DNA of 64,000 nucleotides, taken from Branchiostoma floridae (taxonomy: Eukaryota). The notes beneath the pieces were generated by a model. That model was not told the origin of the DNA and ran no database searches. It worked only from the letters and a program-made list of their open reading frames with translations. Position 1 is the stretch's first letter, and every line of letters starts with the position of its first letter. The translations under genes and the position numbers were made by a program. Positions 12,501 to 25,794 of this stretch are shown here, piece by piece. The DNA lies in NCBI RefSeq assembly GCF_015852565.1, contig NC_136191.1:11976578-12040577 (forward strand), given 5' to 3'.

Positions 12501-14540
12501 GGAGACTAGACGAGAGGTGAATAGATAGACATTCGTTGTGGTCGAGGTGTTTAACACCGTTTAATATAGACTACACACAAAAATACTCATTACGTTGCCA
12601 CGTTCTAATGAAGGAATGCACACGGAATTTCCATATACAACCACAACAACTGCGTTGGAATGTTAACAATCAACAAACTAAATGTAAAGAATGATATAGT
12701 AGTATATCACGTAAACAACAACCGCGTGGCGTAAGTCACTTGACTGGACTTTGAAAATGCGCGATGGTTGAATAAACATTGGCGTGCTTTACCCTTTCCA
12801 GGTGACAATATGACCGTACTCCTGTACTCTGTATGTGTGAAATGTCCTGAAAGTCACGGGGATTGAGGAAGGGGTATTCTTATTGTCAACCTTGACTGTG
12901 ATTCACGAAATCAACTGCCATACAAACGTCATGATGGTACCCGATTTTCCCCTCCTCTTTTACCTGTTGGGAAAAAGGCAAAGCTTTCTATAGTGTCATG
13001 GTGCTCGTACTTGCCCTTTTCAGTGTCAATGAACCATATCTGCCATGATAATTCAGTACCTTCCTTTGACCCCAAAATTACGACACTAGAAATCGCAGAC
13101 GAAAGGACACGAAATCTGTTGAGCCATGTTTGGTCCCTTCTCAGTGACTCGTAGTAAAACATTCCTTCCGGTGTCCTATATAATGTTGGCATCCCGACCG
13201 CGACTTGATCCACAAAAACCACGATGTTTAATTCAGGTGTTACTGCCGCTTACTTTATGTTAAAAGTCAAACCGCCTGGAGCAAAGCCGGATTTTACCAC
13301 AACAAACAGATGTCACCCCTGCCGCAGACATTACTATAACTCAAGGACAACCTCTATTATCTATTTCCTCACTTCTTGTCTGATCTCCGACCCGGGGGTC
13401 TTTTACCTGTCGATCAAAGGTTTAGACAGGTGGTATGATCAAATATATCACAACGCGCCGATCCCAGGAGTGGGGATATACGGCTTACCGATCAAACAAT
13501 TCGGCAGTGGGTGACTCACTGACGATCTTTTTTATGAACGAGACAAAAACGGAAGTGTAGGTCATCTGAACGGCCATCTATAACTCACCCCGCGCGTGTC
13601 ACGGCACAATTTACTCAGTCTGGAAATGTTCGCAACGACACAAGCAATTGTCAGGAACTTGCAGGACAAGAACACAGTGTAATCAGTCAATGCCGGGCGT
13701 TGTGAAACTGCATAACTCGTCTCACTGTCTCACTGCCGAGCCATTTCTTGCAGAAAATTGAACAACCACCTGTTTTGCTGTCACTGGAGTCAAATGACAA
13801 AGAGCGAGAACCTACACTTTAACCTTGGCCTAAAACTGACCATATACAGAGCAGATGGGGCAAGAAATCTGATTGGCTGAGGAACGAATGCTCAGTCCAA
13901 ACCCAGTGACGTCCCCCAAACATCAATCAAATACAATGCGTCCTTGTCCACTGTTAGCATGTTTTGAATGATGATCAGTGAATGGAAAATTCACAACAAA
14001 GGGCCTACTAGGACTGACGACGTATTGTAGGATGAAATCGTCCGTAAGTTATGCTTAAGCTTCGTATCAGCAGCATTATAAGCGTACCCCTTGAAGTCGT
14101 CTTGACGTTATTGTTAGATAACTCCGCGAGGTGAAAGTGTCAGAGCTCACAAATACCGACTCTTCCCGCGGAACTCCCTCAAAGGACCACCGCAAACACA
14201 CGCGACTAATACCTTAAGACGGTATTTGCTTGGTTAACAACCAATTCTTGGGCGTACAAGAAAAGACGAGAGGGTCTCAGAATTATCTTCTTAAGATAGC
14301 ACAATGGGTAAAACGGCATTAAAGGTATTTAGCAAAGCCTTGTCGTTTTTTTGGCCGCCTCTTGATTGTGTAGAATTTGGGGGGTGGGTGCGCCCCCTTT
14401 GTTGGTGCTCTACTTTTGCAACCTTGGAGGATTCCAGGCACCATCAGATACTGGGTCGTTAGTGGAAAGATGATACCCTTGTCTGGACGAACAGTTCTGA
14501 AAAGTGAAATCAAGATCCTAATCTATTAGAAAAAGTAAAA

Positions 14541-14585
14541 GACAGAGAGAGAGAGAGGGAGTGAGAGAGCGAGAAAGAGAGAAGA
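14541..14585. repeat. (GA)n microsatellite
   Basis: gagagagagagagggagtgagagagcgagaaagagag. Confidence 0.8.
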
Positions 14586-15448
14586 GGACCAACAAGGCAA
14601 CGGACAGGGGGAAAATGTGTGGACAGCCGATTATTTCACAAACTTCGAAGTTACCAAATCAAGACCTGTCATTACAAAACAAGAACATAAAGATGCCATC
14701 GATTGCAAATGATCATGGACTATTTCTGTCTATGTTGGAACGCAGAACACACAGGTTTCGCTTGTTGCACAGTCCATATAGCTGTGAAACAGGTGTTCTG
14801 AGGTGTCGCGTTTGTGCATAGTTCAGTTAGGACACTAAAACCCACACCCTTCTCACTTACCAAACAACACCCCCAGATGTCCCGGGTTCTGTAACAGAGA
14901 GAGAATTATCTGTGCTGATAGGCTCGACTGTTAAGTGGCGAAACAGCCCCGTACTTTGTGCTGGAAGGCAGATTCCTCCACGCTAAAAGGTCTGATATGG
15001 TTAGGGATTAACGCCTCGGACAACACATACGTCCACAGGCGATGCAGCCGGGCCTGGCCAAGGGCTTGTTCTTTGTACCAGCTCTGTGTGGAATGCCGGG
15101 AATGGCAAACTGGATGTGTTAATACCGTTTGTCAGGACGCCCCCGAGTGAAGATTTTATCCACGACATCAGTACGGCATCGAATACCGTCCGTCTTCGGG
15201 ATAGGAAGATTGCAGGATGTCACGTCTCGCGAGAGACGATACCGCGAGATGTCACTCGGGGTCAGTAACGGTTTATTCAGGATGAATCTGCTTAAAGAAC
15301 ATCTGAAGTCTCAAGGACCAGAGTTTTATTTCTAGTGATTGAAAAAAATAGCACAAATGCCCAAAAATAACTGTCACCCATAGTCTTTCATTAATGTATT
15401 TATCTTTGAAAGATTTCTTAGTCTTATTATTTTCTCTCTTTTCTGCAG

Positions 15449-15595
15449 GTTTGACGACTTAGGAGAGGAGGCAGAGGTGGACAAGTGCTGCCGGGAACAC
15501 GACCACTGCGAACACCGCATCCCAGGATTCTCCTCGGCATACGGCTTCTTCAACTACCGCTTCCACACGCTGTCGCACTGTGACTGTGATGACAG
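15449..15595 (+). CDS. PLA2G3-like: Group III PLA2 exon 2: catalytic His-Asp (CCREHDHC) and CDCDD motif
   Basis: A ttctgcag acceptor at 15441-15448. AA+G gives Lys, then FDDLGEEAEVDKCCREHDHCEHRIPGFSSAYGFFNYRFHTLSHCDCDD, matching bee-venom ACCRTHDMCPD...LSCDCDDKF. A GTGAGA donor at 15596. Anchored to the minus ORF stop at 15459. Confidence 0.85.
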
Positions 15596-16140
15596 GTGAG
15601 ATGGGGTGATGGGCGGGAGGGGGGGCTAGGGAGATAGAGGGAAAGTAGAGTAAAGGTAGGACGAAATCAAGATAAGAGGGACCAAGGCCAAGGGGGAGGA
15701 AAAAAGGTACAAAGAAAAAGTGAGATTGATACACTCACGGAAGTATGACGGATAGACTTCAGTAGGGGGGATCATAGAGCTTGTTTACAATAACATATCA
15801 AGGACGATGGGGATTGAGAATTTAAGGGATAAGGAAGAGGATTAAGGGGGTGGGAGGCGCGAAACGGAAGGAGGAGAAGGATTAAAGCAGGAAGACAAGG
15901 TGTGGGAGGCCTGTTTTGACTTCTTACGTATGAGCTGTCTTTCCTTTTCCGTCTTGTCTCGCCTGAACTGCTGTACACTACCTTTGATCTATAAGACTCT
16001 GACAGGACGCCCCTCACCCGACATTCCTTCGTCATGGAGTAGTAGGGACGTAATCTCCAGGGAAATGTATGGCTCCGGTCTGTTTTGTAGGTTTTTGTGT
16101 TATTTTAAACGTTCTCAATTGAGACGCACATGGACAGACA

Positions 16141-16172
16141 GGAAGAAGTAGAAGAAGTAGAAGTAGAAGCAA
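16141..16172. repeat. (GAAGTA/GAAGAA)n short tandem repeat; source of the poly-Leu ORF on the minus strand
   Basis: gaagaagtagaagaagtagaagtagaagc. Confidence 0.6.
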
Positions 16173-19100
16173 AACACCGCAGAAGAAGAAGTATTGAAAC
16201 GCACCGGAGTCATACATCTGCTCGGAGACCAATAGAGACGAGGTTCTCACGAGCAAGGGTTGCAAACATCTGTTGTGATGGACGTCATTAAGGGCAGGGT
16301 CCCACAAACCTGCACCGTCCGTTCCACCGTTTAGCGCACCTGTCGTCACCCAAACAAAGGCCCAGTCGGATTCTCCCTTTCCCCGACAATATTGACTAGT
16401 TGTCCTGTGGGTGACCAAACAAGACTCCGTGCCCCTTACCGGGCCCGTCTCACCGGTATCGGGTGAGGCTGGTACTGTTTGTGGTTTCATAATCCATTCT
16501 TGGGACGTTTGTCTGCTTCAACTTGCAACAAGACCTTCGAAGTGGGGTCAGCGCGTGCCGCTCCATTTTCTCACGCTTGAGTTTCAAGTGTTGATGGCCA
16601 GACATTGTGCCCGGTGTGTTCGCGCCTTTGTCCCCGGCTGTCGCCAAGTCTTCTGAGGCCGGCTTGAAAAGACCGTCCTCTCGCAGGTGATGCGGTGTTT
16701 TTGTTGATAGAATGCGGGATGAAACAGTCACGTTGGCCTCCCGTAACAGAACCCCGATCTTTTCCCACGCTCTTTCTAAAAAGTCTGAAGCATATATGTG
16801 TAACATATATGTACTAAATATTATATACCCCCTCCGGTTCGGAATATTCCCACACTATTTTGTTTGGTGCCGTTACTCGCTCATACAGGACACAAAACAA
16901 GGACAAAACACAGCGACAACAGCAGTCTATGGCTGTCAATAAAGCAAGGGTTTGAAGGACTGTTGGGTAACTCATGTTTTAATTCTGTCAGTCTGTGTAG
17001 TAAAAATCACTCACTCATAACATCAGGGTTGACAGCGCACATTTTGAAGGCAATTAAGAAACCGGCACATGCATACATTGGGAATAGCATACAGTCTCTC
17101 AGAGATACGTTCACCATGTAAGTGTGTGTAGGGTTGCATTAGGCCCCTCCTATAGTTTGTTCGCCATGTTGCGGTCGCTGTCGCTGTGCGCCGCACGTTG
17201 TGCCGAACACCACAGGTACGCGACCGCAACATTCCCCGCTGTGTTGACGTTTGTTTAAGGGCCCGACCCAGGTGTGTACGAACAACATTTGTAATCGCCG
17301 GATAATGTTTCCGAGCAGTGCAGTGGTAAAATTCCTCCGCTGTTTTCAAAATCTGTCTATTCGTTCGGGTGGCACAAAACGTTGCTATTTTCTCAGGAAT
17401 GTAAGTTGATATTCTTGAGGTACGACCTGCCAACTCTGATCATTTCACTTCATCCCTTCAAAGCCTTCCGCCCGAAAACCTGCGTAACATTCGCCCTTAA
17501 GGTACGGAGTGATGACCTGGCGGCCCAGGTGTACAAAATCCACAACTGCAACCCCAGAATCTAGACAAGAACCTAGCAGGTGGCCGCGCCAGCCTTAAGA
17601 AAATATGTGAAATCAAGTTGTTTTATGGAGTTAATCAGTGCGCATTAAAAGATTACCGTAAGTCGTTAAGTCTCCGTCGTAAGGACGCGTGAATTATGTG
17701 GGGGGACAAATATGCATGTTACCGTCCAACCGGTATGGGCCGGCCCGGAGACCTAGTGTTAGCCGATAAGAAAATTGGTCTGACAGAAGATTTATACCTG
17801 GACAAGCGATAGCAAATTAGCACTGCAAATCATCACCAAAAAATCCTTCCTCGACAATGTCAACGCGAAAATTGTTAATGAAAGCACCAAAAAGCTGTCA
17901 ACTTCGTTTAGCTGCTTTCCGAGACAGATATTTCTGGACATCGCCTGGTAACTTAACACTGCTGGATACTACACCACCAATCCTTATCTTTCTTTATTTC
18001 AAGGGTAACTAGTAATGAAGCCTGCAGTAAGTACAGGTTTGAAGGCGCAGATTTTCGATAGTTTCCGCACCGGTTTCATTTCACTAATGCAGGTGCAAGC
18101 CGTCTTGTGGGTCAAGTGACATCCAGACCGTCAGATGACAGGCTATGTACGTGCAATGTAATTATTCCCTGACCTTTCCCTTTGAAACTGTGTCCTCGGA
18201 GACTCAGACCAAACAACCGCCCTGTAATCTGTCTAATACCAATCTCGTTGTTCGTAGAAAGCCAGCATTTTTCCGGACATTACTTTCCAATGAGGTAGAC
18301 GAGGTTGCAGCTATACAAATCGCCGCAAGGAGGCGCGTCGTCGAGACGAGATGACCATAGACCTCTCCACAAACAAATCTTGACTAAAAGTAGAAGATTA
18401 CGCAAACCGATAGCTTCCACGCTTTTCGGTTAAGATGGCCTTTTGAAGTCTATTCAAGCGTTTTGAAGTTACTTTGTAAGGAGAACAAGCGGTAATTGTT
18501 AACACTGTATCTCTTTCAAGGTATTTCCTTATCATGATGATCGGGGAGACAATGTCTATTTGTCTCTACGCGTTGGTGGTCTGTTCTAATGGTATAAATA
18601 CACGCACCTTTTCTTTCGGGAAGAGACGACAAGATAACATTGTATCTCTGGGATAATTGGTAAGCTGTTTTACTTTGTACCTGACAACAAACAAATGTGT
18701 TTACCTCTTTCCAAGATACGGAAGTAACGTAACCTCTGTATCAGAAAGATGACCGTGCTTCCTTTATGCCGTCATCTTTGTGCAAAAGACTATACATGTA
18801 CTACCATGAAGCTACAAGCACTCGTCAGTATCTATTTGCACACTGTAAGTAAACATATCCAAACATTTCAGCACGCTGATTCTGTTACCTACATTTGCCT
18901 CATCGATATATTCACTTAGATGTTGAGTATTAAAAGGCACCCGATCAACGTTTCTTCAAAATGCTCCTTCCATTTACAAAATGAAAGAAGAGATTTCCAT
19001 GTTATCTCCAATAGCCCGAAGCACAAGTCTGTATCGTGTTTCTGCATCCCCCGGCACAGGCGCCTTCTCCACTGAGAAGTCATTTTATCTCCCCCTGTTT

Positions 19101-20796
19101 GATGGTGGTCTCGTTTTTAAGTGCGGTAAGTAACCGGCCGGGGACGGTCGCGACAACATTTACACCACAAATGTCGCCACGTGTCCCCGGGTAACACCGC
19201 TGCACGGGACAAGCAGGTGTTTCGGCCGTCTCCTAGCAACCAAGACATCGGCGAAAGAGTCGAGTTTTAAGAAAAGAATGCAGAGAGCCGAAGTGATCGA
19301 TGAGTATGCAACAGTAATGTTTGACCACAGATCGATTTACTCTTCAACATGTTTGGCATTTTTCTGCCATGTTTGGGCAGTTTTACCTGTTGGAAAGAGC
19401 GTTTTTACAATGGGTGATTAGACATTCCTTACATAGTTGTTGGCGTCACATATATCTTCTTGGCAGTTTCCGTCACAATGGCTTGCAAACTGAATGCAAA
19501 TTTTCAAGATACATGTACCAAGAAGTCATATACCATTGCAAGAACCAGATTTTTAATCTTCAAGCAAATGTTACTGTGAGAGATCGTGGCGTTTTCTGAC
19601 GGCCGGATTTCTCTGTCACGCAGAGAAGCATGGCCATCAGAAAACATGATAATCTTTCATGCTAACATCTGCTTGGAAGTTACCTTCAACCAAAACAGTA
19701 AATTTGATTCGCACGTGAGAAAGAACAGAGTACGTTTCTCAGATACACCCTCACTTTGTCCACAGACTAGCTTCGATGGTTTGTTTCGAACCTATATCAG
19801 ACATGGCCACGCTGCATAGCACTTGAGGCTTACAGTGACACGAGAAACAGTGATGGTCACCGTCAGCACGGTATCAAAAAGTGCCTGGCGCCGTCCGACT
19901 AAATCAAGTAGGTGTACATGTGGGAAAGGAAACTTGGGGAAAACTAGAGCTCTGCCATGTTCCTTTCCTGGCCGTCGCTTCTGGGTGGGCCTCATACGTC
20001 AAGCGTGAACACAAGAAGCCGGGCAGGGTAGAAGAAAGGAAAGTTTTGGCAGCGGTAATTTCCGCGCCAGGTTTGCAGTTACACCTTCACGTCAGTTTCT
20101 GCACGTCTTAAAAACAAGGAGGATTAGTAATACATCCGTTACGCGTATCTTTGCGTTCCTCTGCGGTTTCCGCATGGCTCCATTTGTTGTTCCCTTGTGG
20201 ACGACCCTGTCTTACTTTCATACCGACGGCAAAGTTCTACCTGTCAAAAATATCGTACATTTCCTATGGCTAGCTACAGTATACGGCCTGACACGACAGA
20301 CCTTTCCTGTTCCTTTCCTTTCTAAAGACGCAGAAACTCATTAAGCCGTAATGGTAGTTATTTCCTGGGGCGGCTCGAGGTGTGGGGTATTACTGAGAAA
20401 CAGTAGCCATCCATCAGGCTATTCTCACACTTCCCAACACTTACATTCCGTGTCGTTTCCCTCTATATTTCACGAGAGGCCGTTCTCCAAGGCCTTTGGC
20501 GTTTTAACCTGATTCACCTGCCACATGTTTTATGTGTGCATGTGATAAAAACTTACAGAGAGGAAATGGGGCTTAGAGGATAAGAAATCGTATAACGTAG
20601 TTAGTTATTTCATAAAGTTGATTTACATATAACTGTGTCTAGCAATGTTACTTTGTTTAATACAAGGATTTCTAGATGATCAAATTGATATTAAAAATTC
20701 GATTTCCGTTCTGGATGTTCTTCTCTGTAGATATCATCTCCAGTTTTATACTTATAGAAAGCGGGAAGCTAATCAAATGTTTGTATGTTTCCACAG

Positions 20797-20931
20797 ATTC
20801 TACAACTGCCTTCAGTCCACCAGGAATCCCGTGGCTAACATGGTCGGCAAGATCTTCTTCAACGCCGGACAGCCGCCTTGCTTCGACCTCAACGAGGAGC
20901 ATGGCTGTTTGAAGCGCTCCTGGTGGGGAGG
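20797..20931 (+). CDS. PLA2G3-like: Group III PLA2 exon 3 (FYNCLQSTRNPVANMVGKIFFNAGQPPCFDLNEEHGCLKRSWWG)
   Basis: A ccacag acceptor. The in-frame continuation AG+A=Arg, then FYNCL..., matches bee-venom KFYDCLKNSADTISSYFVGKMYFNLIDTKCY. A GTGAGT donor at 20932. Anchored to ORF 20645..20935. Confidence 0.8.
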
Positions 20932-21275
20932 GTGAGTACTGCAGGCTTCTTCTTCCTGTTCACCTGCCAATGGAAATCTTAAGTACACAAAATGTACCGT
21001 GGCCGACAAGTACAATGAGCAGCACACCTGATTAGGTAGCAACTATACACGGACTTAGAACGTGTCGTACTCTATGTGTGCAACCTTTCAGTAGTAATTT
21101 TCGTTAAAAAAGTAAGAAAGTGAGAGTTAAAATTGACCATCGTGCTTGTCCTGTATCAAAGACCTTTAAACCGTCTTTGGCTGTACTTGGTTGCTAACTT
21201 TGGGGGATTTGGACAACGTTTACCTTACCAAAGTGTTCCAAACTGTTTTCATTAAAATACAACCTCTTTGTTGTA

Positions 21276-21552
21276 CAGTTGCTACAAGTATGGGATGACC
21301 ACGGTGGCTACACTGAGACAACCAATGAAGTACGAACCGTCCAAAATGATTCCCCTGGGTGACAGCAAAAACAACAATAACAACGACAACAACGACAACA
21401 ACAACAAAAACCGATCGTCGGAGGAGAGAAGTTCCAAGAGGAGGCCATTCATGTCTAACACACCGAAGGCTTCAAAACGTAAAGTTAAATCCAAGAAGAT
21501 CCTTCGTGGTCTCATGGGTCCAACACGGAACATCGCGAGAAAGTATTACTAG
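21276..21552 (+). CDS. PLA2G3-like: Group III PLA2 exon 4: end of PLA2 fold (GCYKYG...), poly-Asn/Asp tract, basic C-terminal tail, stop
   Basis: A ttgtacag acceptor. GG+T=Gly, then CYKYGMTTVATLRQPMKYEPSK... (bee-venom CYKLEHPVTGCGER...). The tract NNNNNDNNDNNNKN is encoded by an (AAC/GAC)n microsatellite, followed by a K/R-rich tail and a TAG stop at 21550-21552. Anchored to ORF 21268..21552. Confidence 0.75.
21361..21412 (+). repeat. Coding (AAC/GAC)n microsatellite that encodes the poly-Asn/Asp tract of the PLA2 C-terminal extension
   Basis: Sequence aaaaacaacaataacaacgacaacaacgacaacaacaacaaaaac lies within exon 4. Confidence 0.8.
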
Positions 21553-24500
21553 AGTTCTTTAGTGTAGAGTAGATTTGATTCTTCAACATTCTATGAACAG
21601 AAACACTAGCGATGAATATTTCGAGTCACTGACACTCAATTCACCGCCCCCCCCCCTCTCTCTCATCGTGAAATGCCACTATCCCTCCTGATATGAGCTA
21701 TGCAGAAATGGAATCAGCCTGTATAATAGCTTACTACTATTATTATTAACAGCAGTAATAGCATATTACGACCTGTCACCAAAATATCAATAAAATCCAG
21801 CACCTGATATCATCAGTGAAAAGGTTGGGAAGTGGACATAATACGTGTCATTAACAAACTTTGGTCAAAATCAACGCGCCGTACCAACCTATGATTTAAA
21901 ATGGTCACCGTAATTGGAAAGAGGTCTAGACCGCCAATTGTTGTCCCTGTCATTGCTGGACAATGTTAAGTGTAGATCAAACTAATAAACAGTTGTTAAC
22001 ACAGTCAGCAGCCATTTTTTATGGACAATTTTGTTATGATAAATCTTTTCATAGCATAAGTGAATCAATACTGGTTAAATGAATGCATCATTTCTTTACG
22101 TTTTTCTTGAGTTCCGAATATGTTTTATACGAAGCTCACGAGACGTTGTCAACTGAGTTACTGGTACATAGCGCCACACCTCCACGAGAGACTCCTGGCG
22201 AGCTGTGATGACATTACAACAACAGGCCAACAGTTGATGTCTTGATTGCCTCTAGGAGGTTACAGGGATTAATAGCTTGTATGTTCTTGTACTAGTATTG
22301 TATCATTTTTAAGAGTTCGACAATGTTTCTCTACCTTATCTACTGTATATGTATTTATTATACTACTATGTGAAGATGAAAAGGCTGCTTTGTACACATG
22401 GCTGTGAGAGAAGTATATTACGGTTTGAGTGAAATGTGCATACATGAAAATTTGTATATCGACAGCCAAAGAAATTGCGTTTTGTATACACCTGTACCGC
22501 ACCATAAAATCCTAGAACGCTATTGTTAGTTGGTACCGTTTTTCTATTTATTGTGTTCTGCTATACATGTTTCATCATCTAATGGCATGTATGGTTTTGG
22601 GCATAATATTTGTCAGCCTCTGACGTGACAAGCATGCTACTTGGAAACATTTCTCAGCCACACCAAACCTGCAAATGACCTCACATGTACTACCTCCTAC
22701 CAACGTTAGATGACGCAGCTGTTTAGTGAAGCATCTGCAAGCTAACATGTACTGTAGTTGTACTTGGTTTTGATTCGTTCAATATGAGAGACGCTTGCCA
22801 CTACCGAAGTGCTTATTCCCATGGGAATGGGGCGCATGTACACCCATTGTATCATATCAATGTAAATAAATTGTCAAAGACGAACACTATTTGTGGCTCG
22901 CATGATTATTTGAGTGATCTATTTCATAAACGTTTGACTTGTAAAACTCAATGCTTTATTTGCGCCACAAATATTTCTTCGTTTTTCAAGTCAAATGGTA
23001 TCGTTACTTATTTTAGGCGTTGCAGAGAATTAATAAGCTTCTTATTATGATAAAGAATGTGCATTATAACAATAGCATTGTATTCAATAAAACGTCTTTG
23101 GGGTAATCCCCTTCCCAGCCAACTAAAAGCTGGGTCATTCTGTCAACGAAAACAGCTGGCACAGCATGCTTGGCCAGAAACATACACCAGCCAGTTTTAA
23201 ATACGCGACCTCTTATATAGACAAAAACATCGGCGACAAACTTAGAGACTTGTATCCTATATTTTTTCAATCATCCTAAAAGTAAAAAGTGAATTCAGAA
23301 AGTTCATATGTTGCATCTGTACTATCAAGCTGAAGTCTCTACGTTTTGCGACCACAAGATTCGACCGTTCAGTGAGTTGCGGAAAAGCATTGTTGCTGAA
23401 TAGCGTGCTATGTTCTGTTTAGCATAATTAAGGTCAGAAATTTGAGATGCTCTCAACATGACAAAAGCCGCGCCTTGAATCTACATACAGTTCCGGGGCA
23501 GGAACAACAGCAACATAGCAGGCAAGTGTGAAGTCGTATAACCATTGAACACTAATTTCTGCCTACAACTAGTACAAGGTGAGTGATTCTATACCTACAT
23601 ATGCCATAACAACTGCCCATGGCTTAGGGAGGATACATTTGTAGTTGTTGACGCGAAGTGTAAACATCATCGAACACAGAAGGGAGTGATCGGTACTGAA
23701 TACCCCTAATTCTTGGTATGTGTACCGTAACAGAATCTGACACGCACAGATTTACTTGATCTTTATATTTGTTCTACCTGTGAGCCAACACACCCCGACC
23801 ACACCCTGAACCTTAATGTTTCGTCCCATTCTCACTGGGTGACTTTGAAACGGTGTTTTGGTTGTGCCATCATCCATGGCCGGGTAGGTATGCATGCAAC
23901 TTATGGGTATTGTAGTGCTTCGGACGCGTCGACGGATAATGCGCACCTCGACATGTTCTACGCTCATTTTCTGTCAGTTGTAACTCTGTATCCTGGACAT
24001 ACATATACCATATACCATATGTCCTGAGTCCCAGTGAACGGAATGGAACACATCACGTTGATCTGATGATAAATGGGCGTTGACATCCTTAGTCTGATAA
24101 CCATCCCACAGGCATTTGGGTTGTTTTTATGCATACCCAGCCTTGGTCCTGCTATTAAAGCATTGACCTCTTTTCTGCTAGCAGATCTTTCTGATCACAA
24201 TTGTGAGTTAACGTTACGTATCCGAATACACGTAGAAATTACACGAAGTGCGTTAGCTGACCTTGGCGGGCGGACAACCCTCCAAGTACCGAGGACCGAG
24301 GACATCCCAGTCGCCTCAAGATGGGCTGGGACATCCTGTCCTAGATCCTGTGGCAGATTTCCGGACGCTCTCTCCAGGGAATCATAATATATGCATAGTT
24401 AAGATTAAGTTTGTAAATAATAGATAATGCGTGAAACCTCTAGATCTCTTTACTTTTATATACGTCGACTGACTAATGGTTTTCGGGTCACATAAGGACA

Positions 24501-24624
24501 TAAACCCTTAGATTGTTTATGCTCCTTCATAGCACATTTTTATAAGGAAACTAATTACACGAGGCTTCGTTTAACCAATAAATGTCATATCATTATCAAG
24601 AAGTGGGGATCAAATCCGAACTTC

Positions 24625-24636
24625 TTTATAAATAGA
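24625..24636 (+). promoter_or_regulatory. TATAAATA box candidate upstream of the scramblase gene
   Basis: ctttataaatagag lies ~370 bp upstream of the scramblase ATG. A long or spliced 5' UTR would be required. Confidence 0.2.
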
Positions 24637-25004
24637 GCAGAAGGGATGCACACTTTTTCCGATACCCCCTCCACCTCAATCTTCGGCCATGAACGGATTG
24701 ACCCCAACAGCCATCCATAAAGCGCGTAAAACTATTGTTCTGTGCAGCTCTTCCAGTCAAGGTGAATGAAAATAAGAAATACGATTTCACTTTGTGCACT
24801 AGTGGGTGCCAATCTTCAAGTGCAGCAGCGTAGACACGCAAACCATTCCTTGGAGAAAAGACGACCCTCTCGACGAAGGTACTAACTGAAGTTTCTTTTA
24901 CAGAATACATGTTTCCTGTAGAGATACGGTACTTCTAGATCACTGAGTATTTGAGGCCACAAGTCTTTTTGACGTTTCCATCGGCAGACCGGAGTCTACA
25001 AACC

Positions 25005-25055
25005 ATGGCCTCGCCAGCTGTACCAGACGAGGGCCAAGTACAACTTGAACTTGAA
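25005..25055 (+). CDS. PLSCR-like: Phospholipid scramblase exon 1 (MASPAVPDEGQVQLELE)
   Basis: Kozak aaaccATGG. A GTAAGA donor at 25056. In phase with the downstream exons. Anchored to ORF 24951..25178. Confidence 0.55.
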
Positions 25056-25209
25056 GTAAGAGTGTGGTCACCCGCCCTTGACCTTGTTACCTTCCATAAA
25101 ACGATAAAATGGCTGTGTTTCCATTTGACAAAATTATACAATGGTATTATGTATTTTGTCTTTGCGCGTGCTCCATGACATTGACCCTAATGACGTCATC
25201 CATTCCCAG

Positions 25210-25342
25210 CCTATAACTGCCCAGCCGAGTCACGTGGTCCTGACGAATCAGCCGCAGGTTCCCATTGGCTGCCCTCCTGGGCTGGAGTATCTCACACAGA
25301 TTGATCAACTCCTGGTCAAACAGAAAGTAGAACTACTGGAAG
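25210..25342 (+). CDS. PLSCR-like: Phospholipid scramblase exon 2 (...[28 protein letters not shown])
   Basis: Matches the human PLSCR1 region [31 protein letters not shown] donor at 25343 (phase 1). The 5' acceptor (cattcccag at 25209) is the most plausible in-frame site, but the exon start is uncertain. Confidence 0.7.
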
Positions 25343-25687
25343 GTGACTGAAGTAGTTTGCAATCTAAAAATTGTTTTGAACCATAGTGTAGAAAGTCTTC
25401 TTCCAAATATCTACAAACATTCTTTCGAAGTTTTTCTTTCTCTTACTACTTCCCTAAGTCCGTCTAACAGCGTTTTCCTTGCCTTTGGCTCTTGCTATCC
25501 GTTGGAAAGTCCGCTGATTTTCTGCTGGTCAGTAAATTTCTCAAGTGCACCATTAATGGTGTGAGGAGTACGTAAGTGACACTTTGACGTACCTCAGTAG
25601 TAGATATAGATAGAATTACAAAGACATTTATGACCAATTTGTGGATGTAGAACATATTGCATGACAGTGATTTCTGTCTCTCTATAG

Positions 25688-25765
25688 TGTTTTCGGACAT
25701 CGAGACCAAAAACAAATACGAGATCAAGAACTCCATGGGACAGCAGGTGTACTACGCAAAAGAAG
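25688..25765 (+). CDS. PLSCR-like: Phospholipid scramblase exon 3 ([26 protein letters not shown])
   Basis: A tctatag acceptor and a GTGAGA donor. Matches PLSCR1 [26 protein letters not shown]. Confidence 0.8.
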
Positions 25766-25794
25766 GTGAGACATTACATTACATTATCGATCCT

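Noticed and set aside
16032-16490. 152-aa minus ORF with a poly-Leu run
   Set aside because: The poly-Leu run derives from the (GAAGTA)n microsatellite. There are no splice or homology signals.
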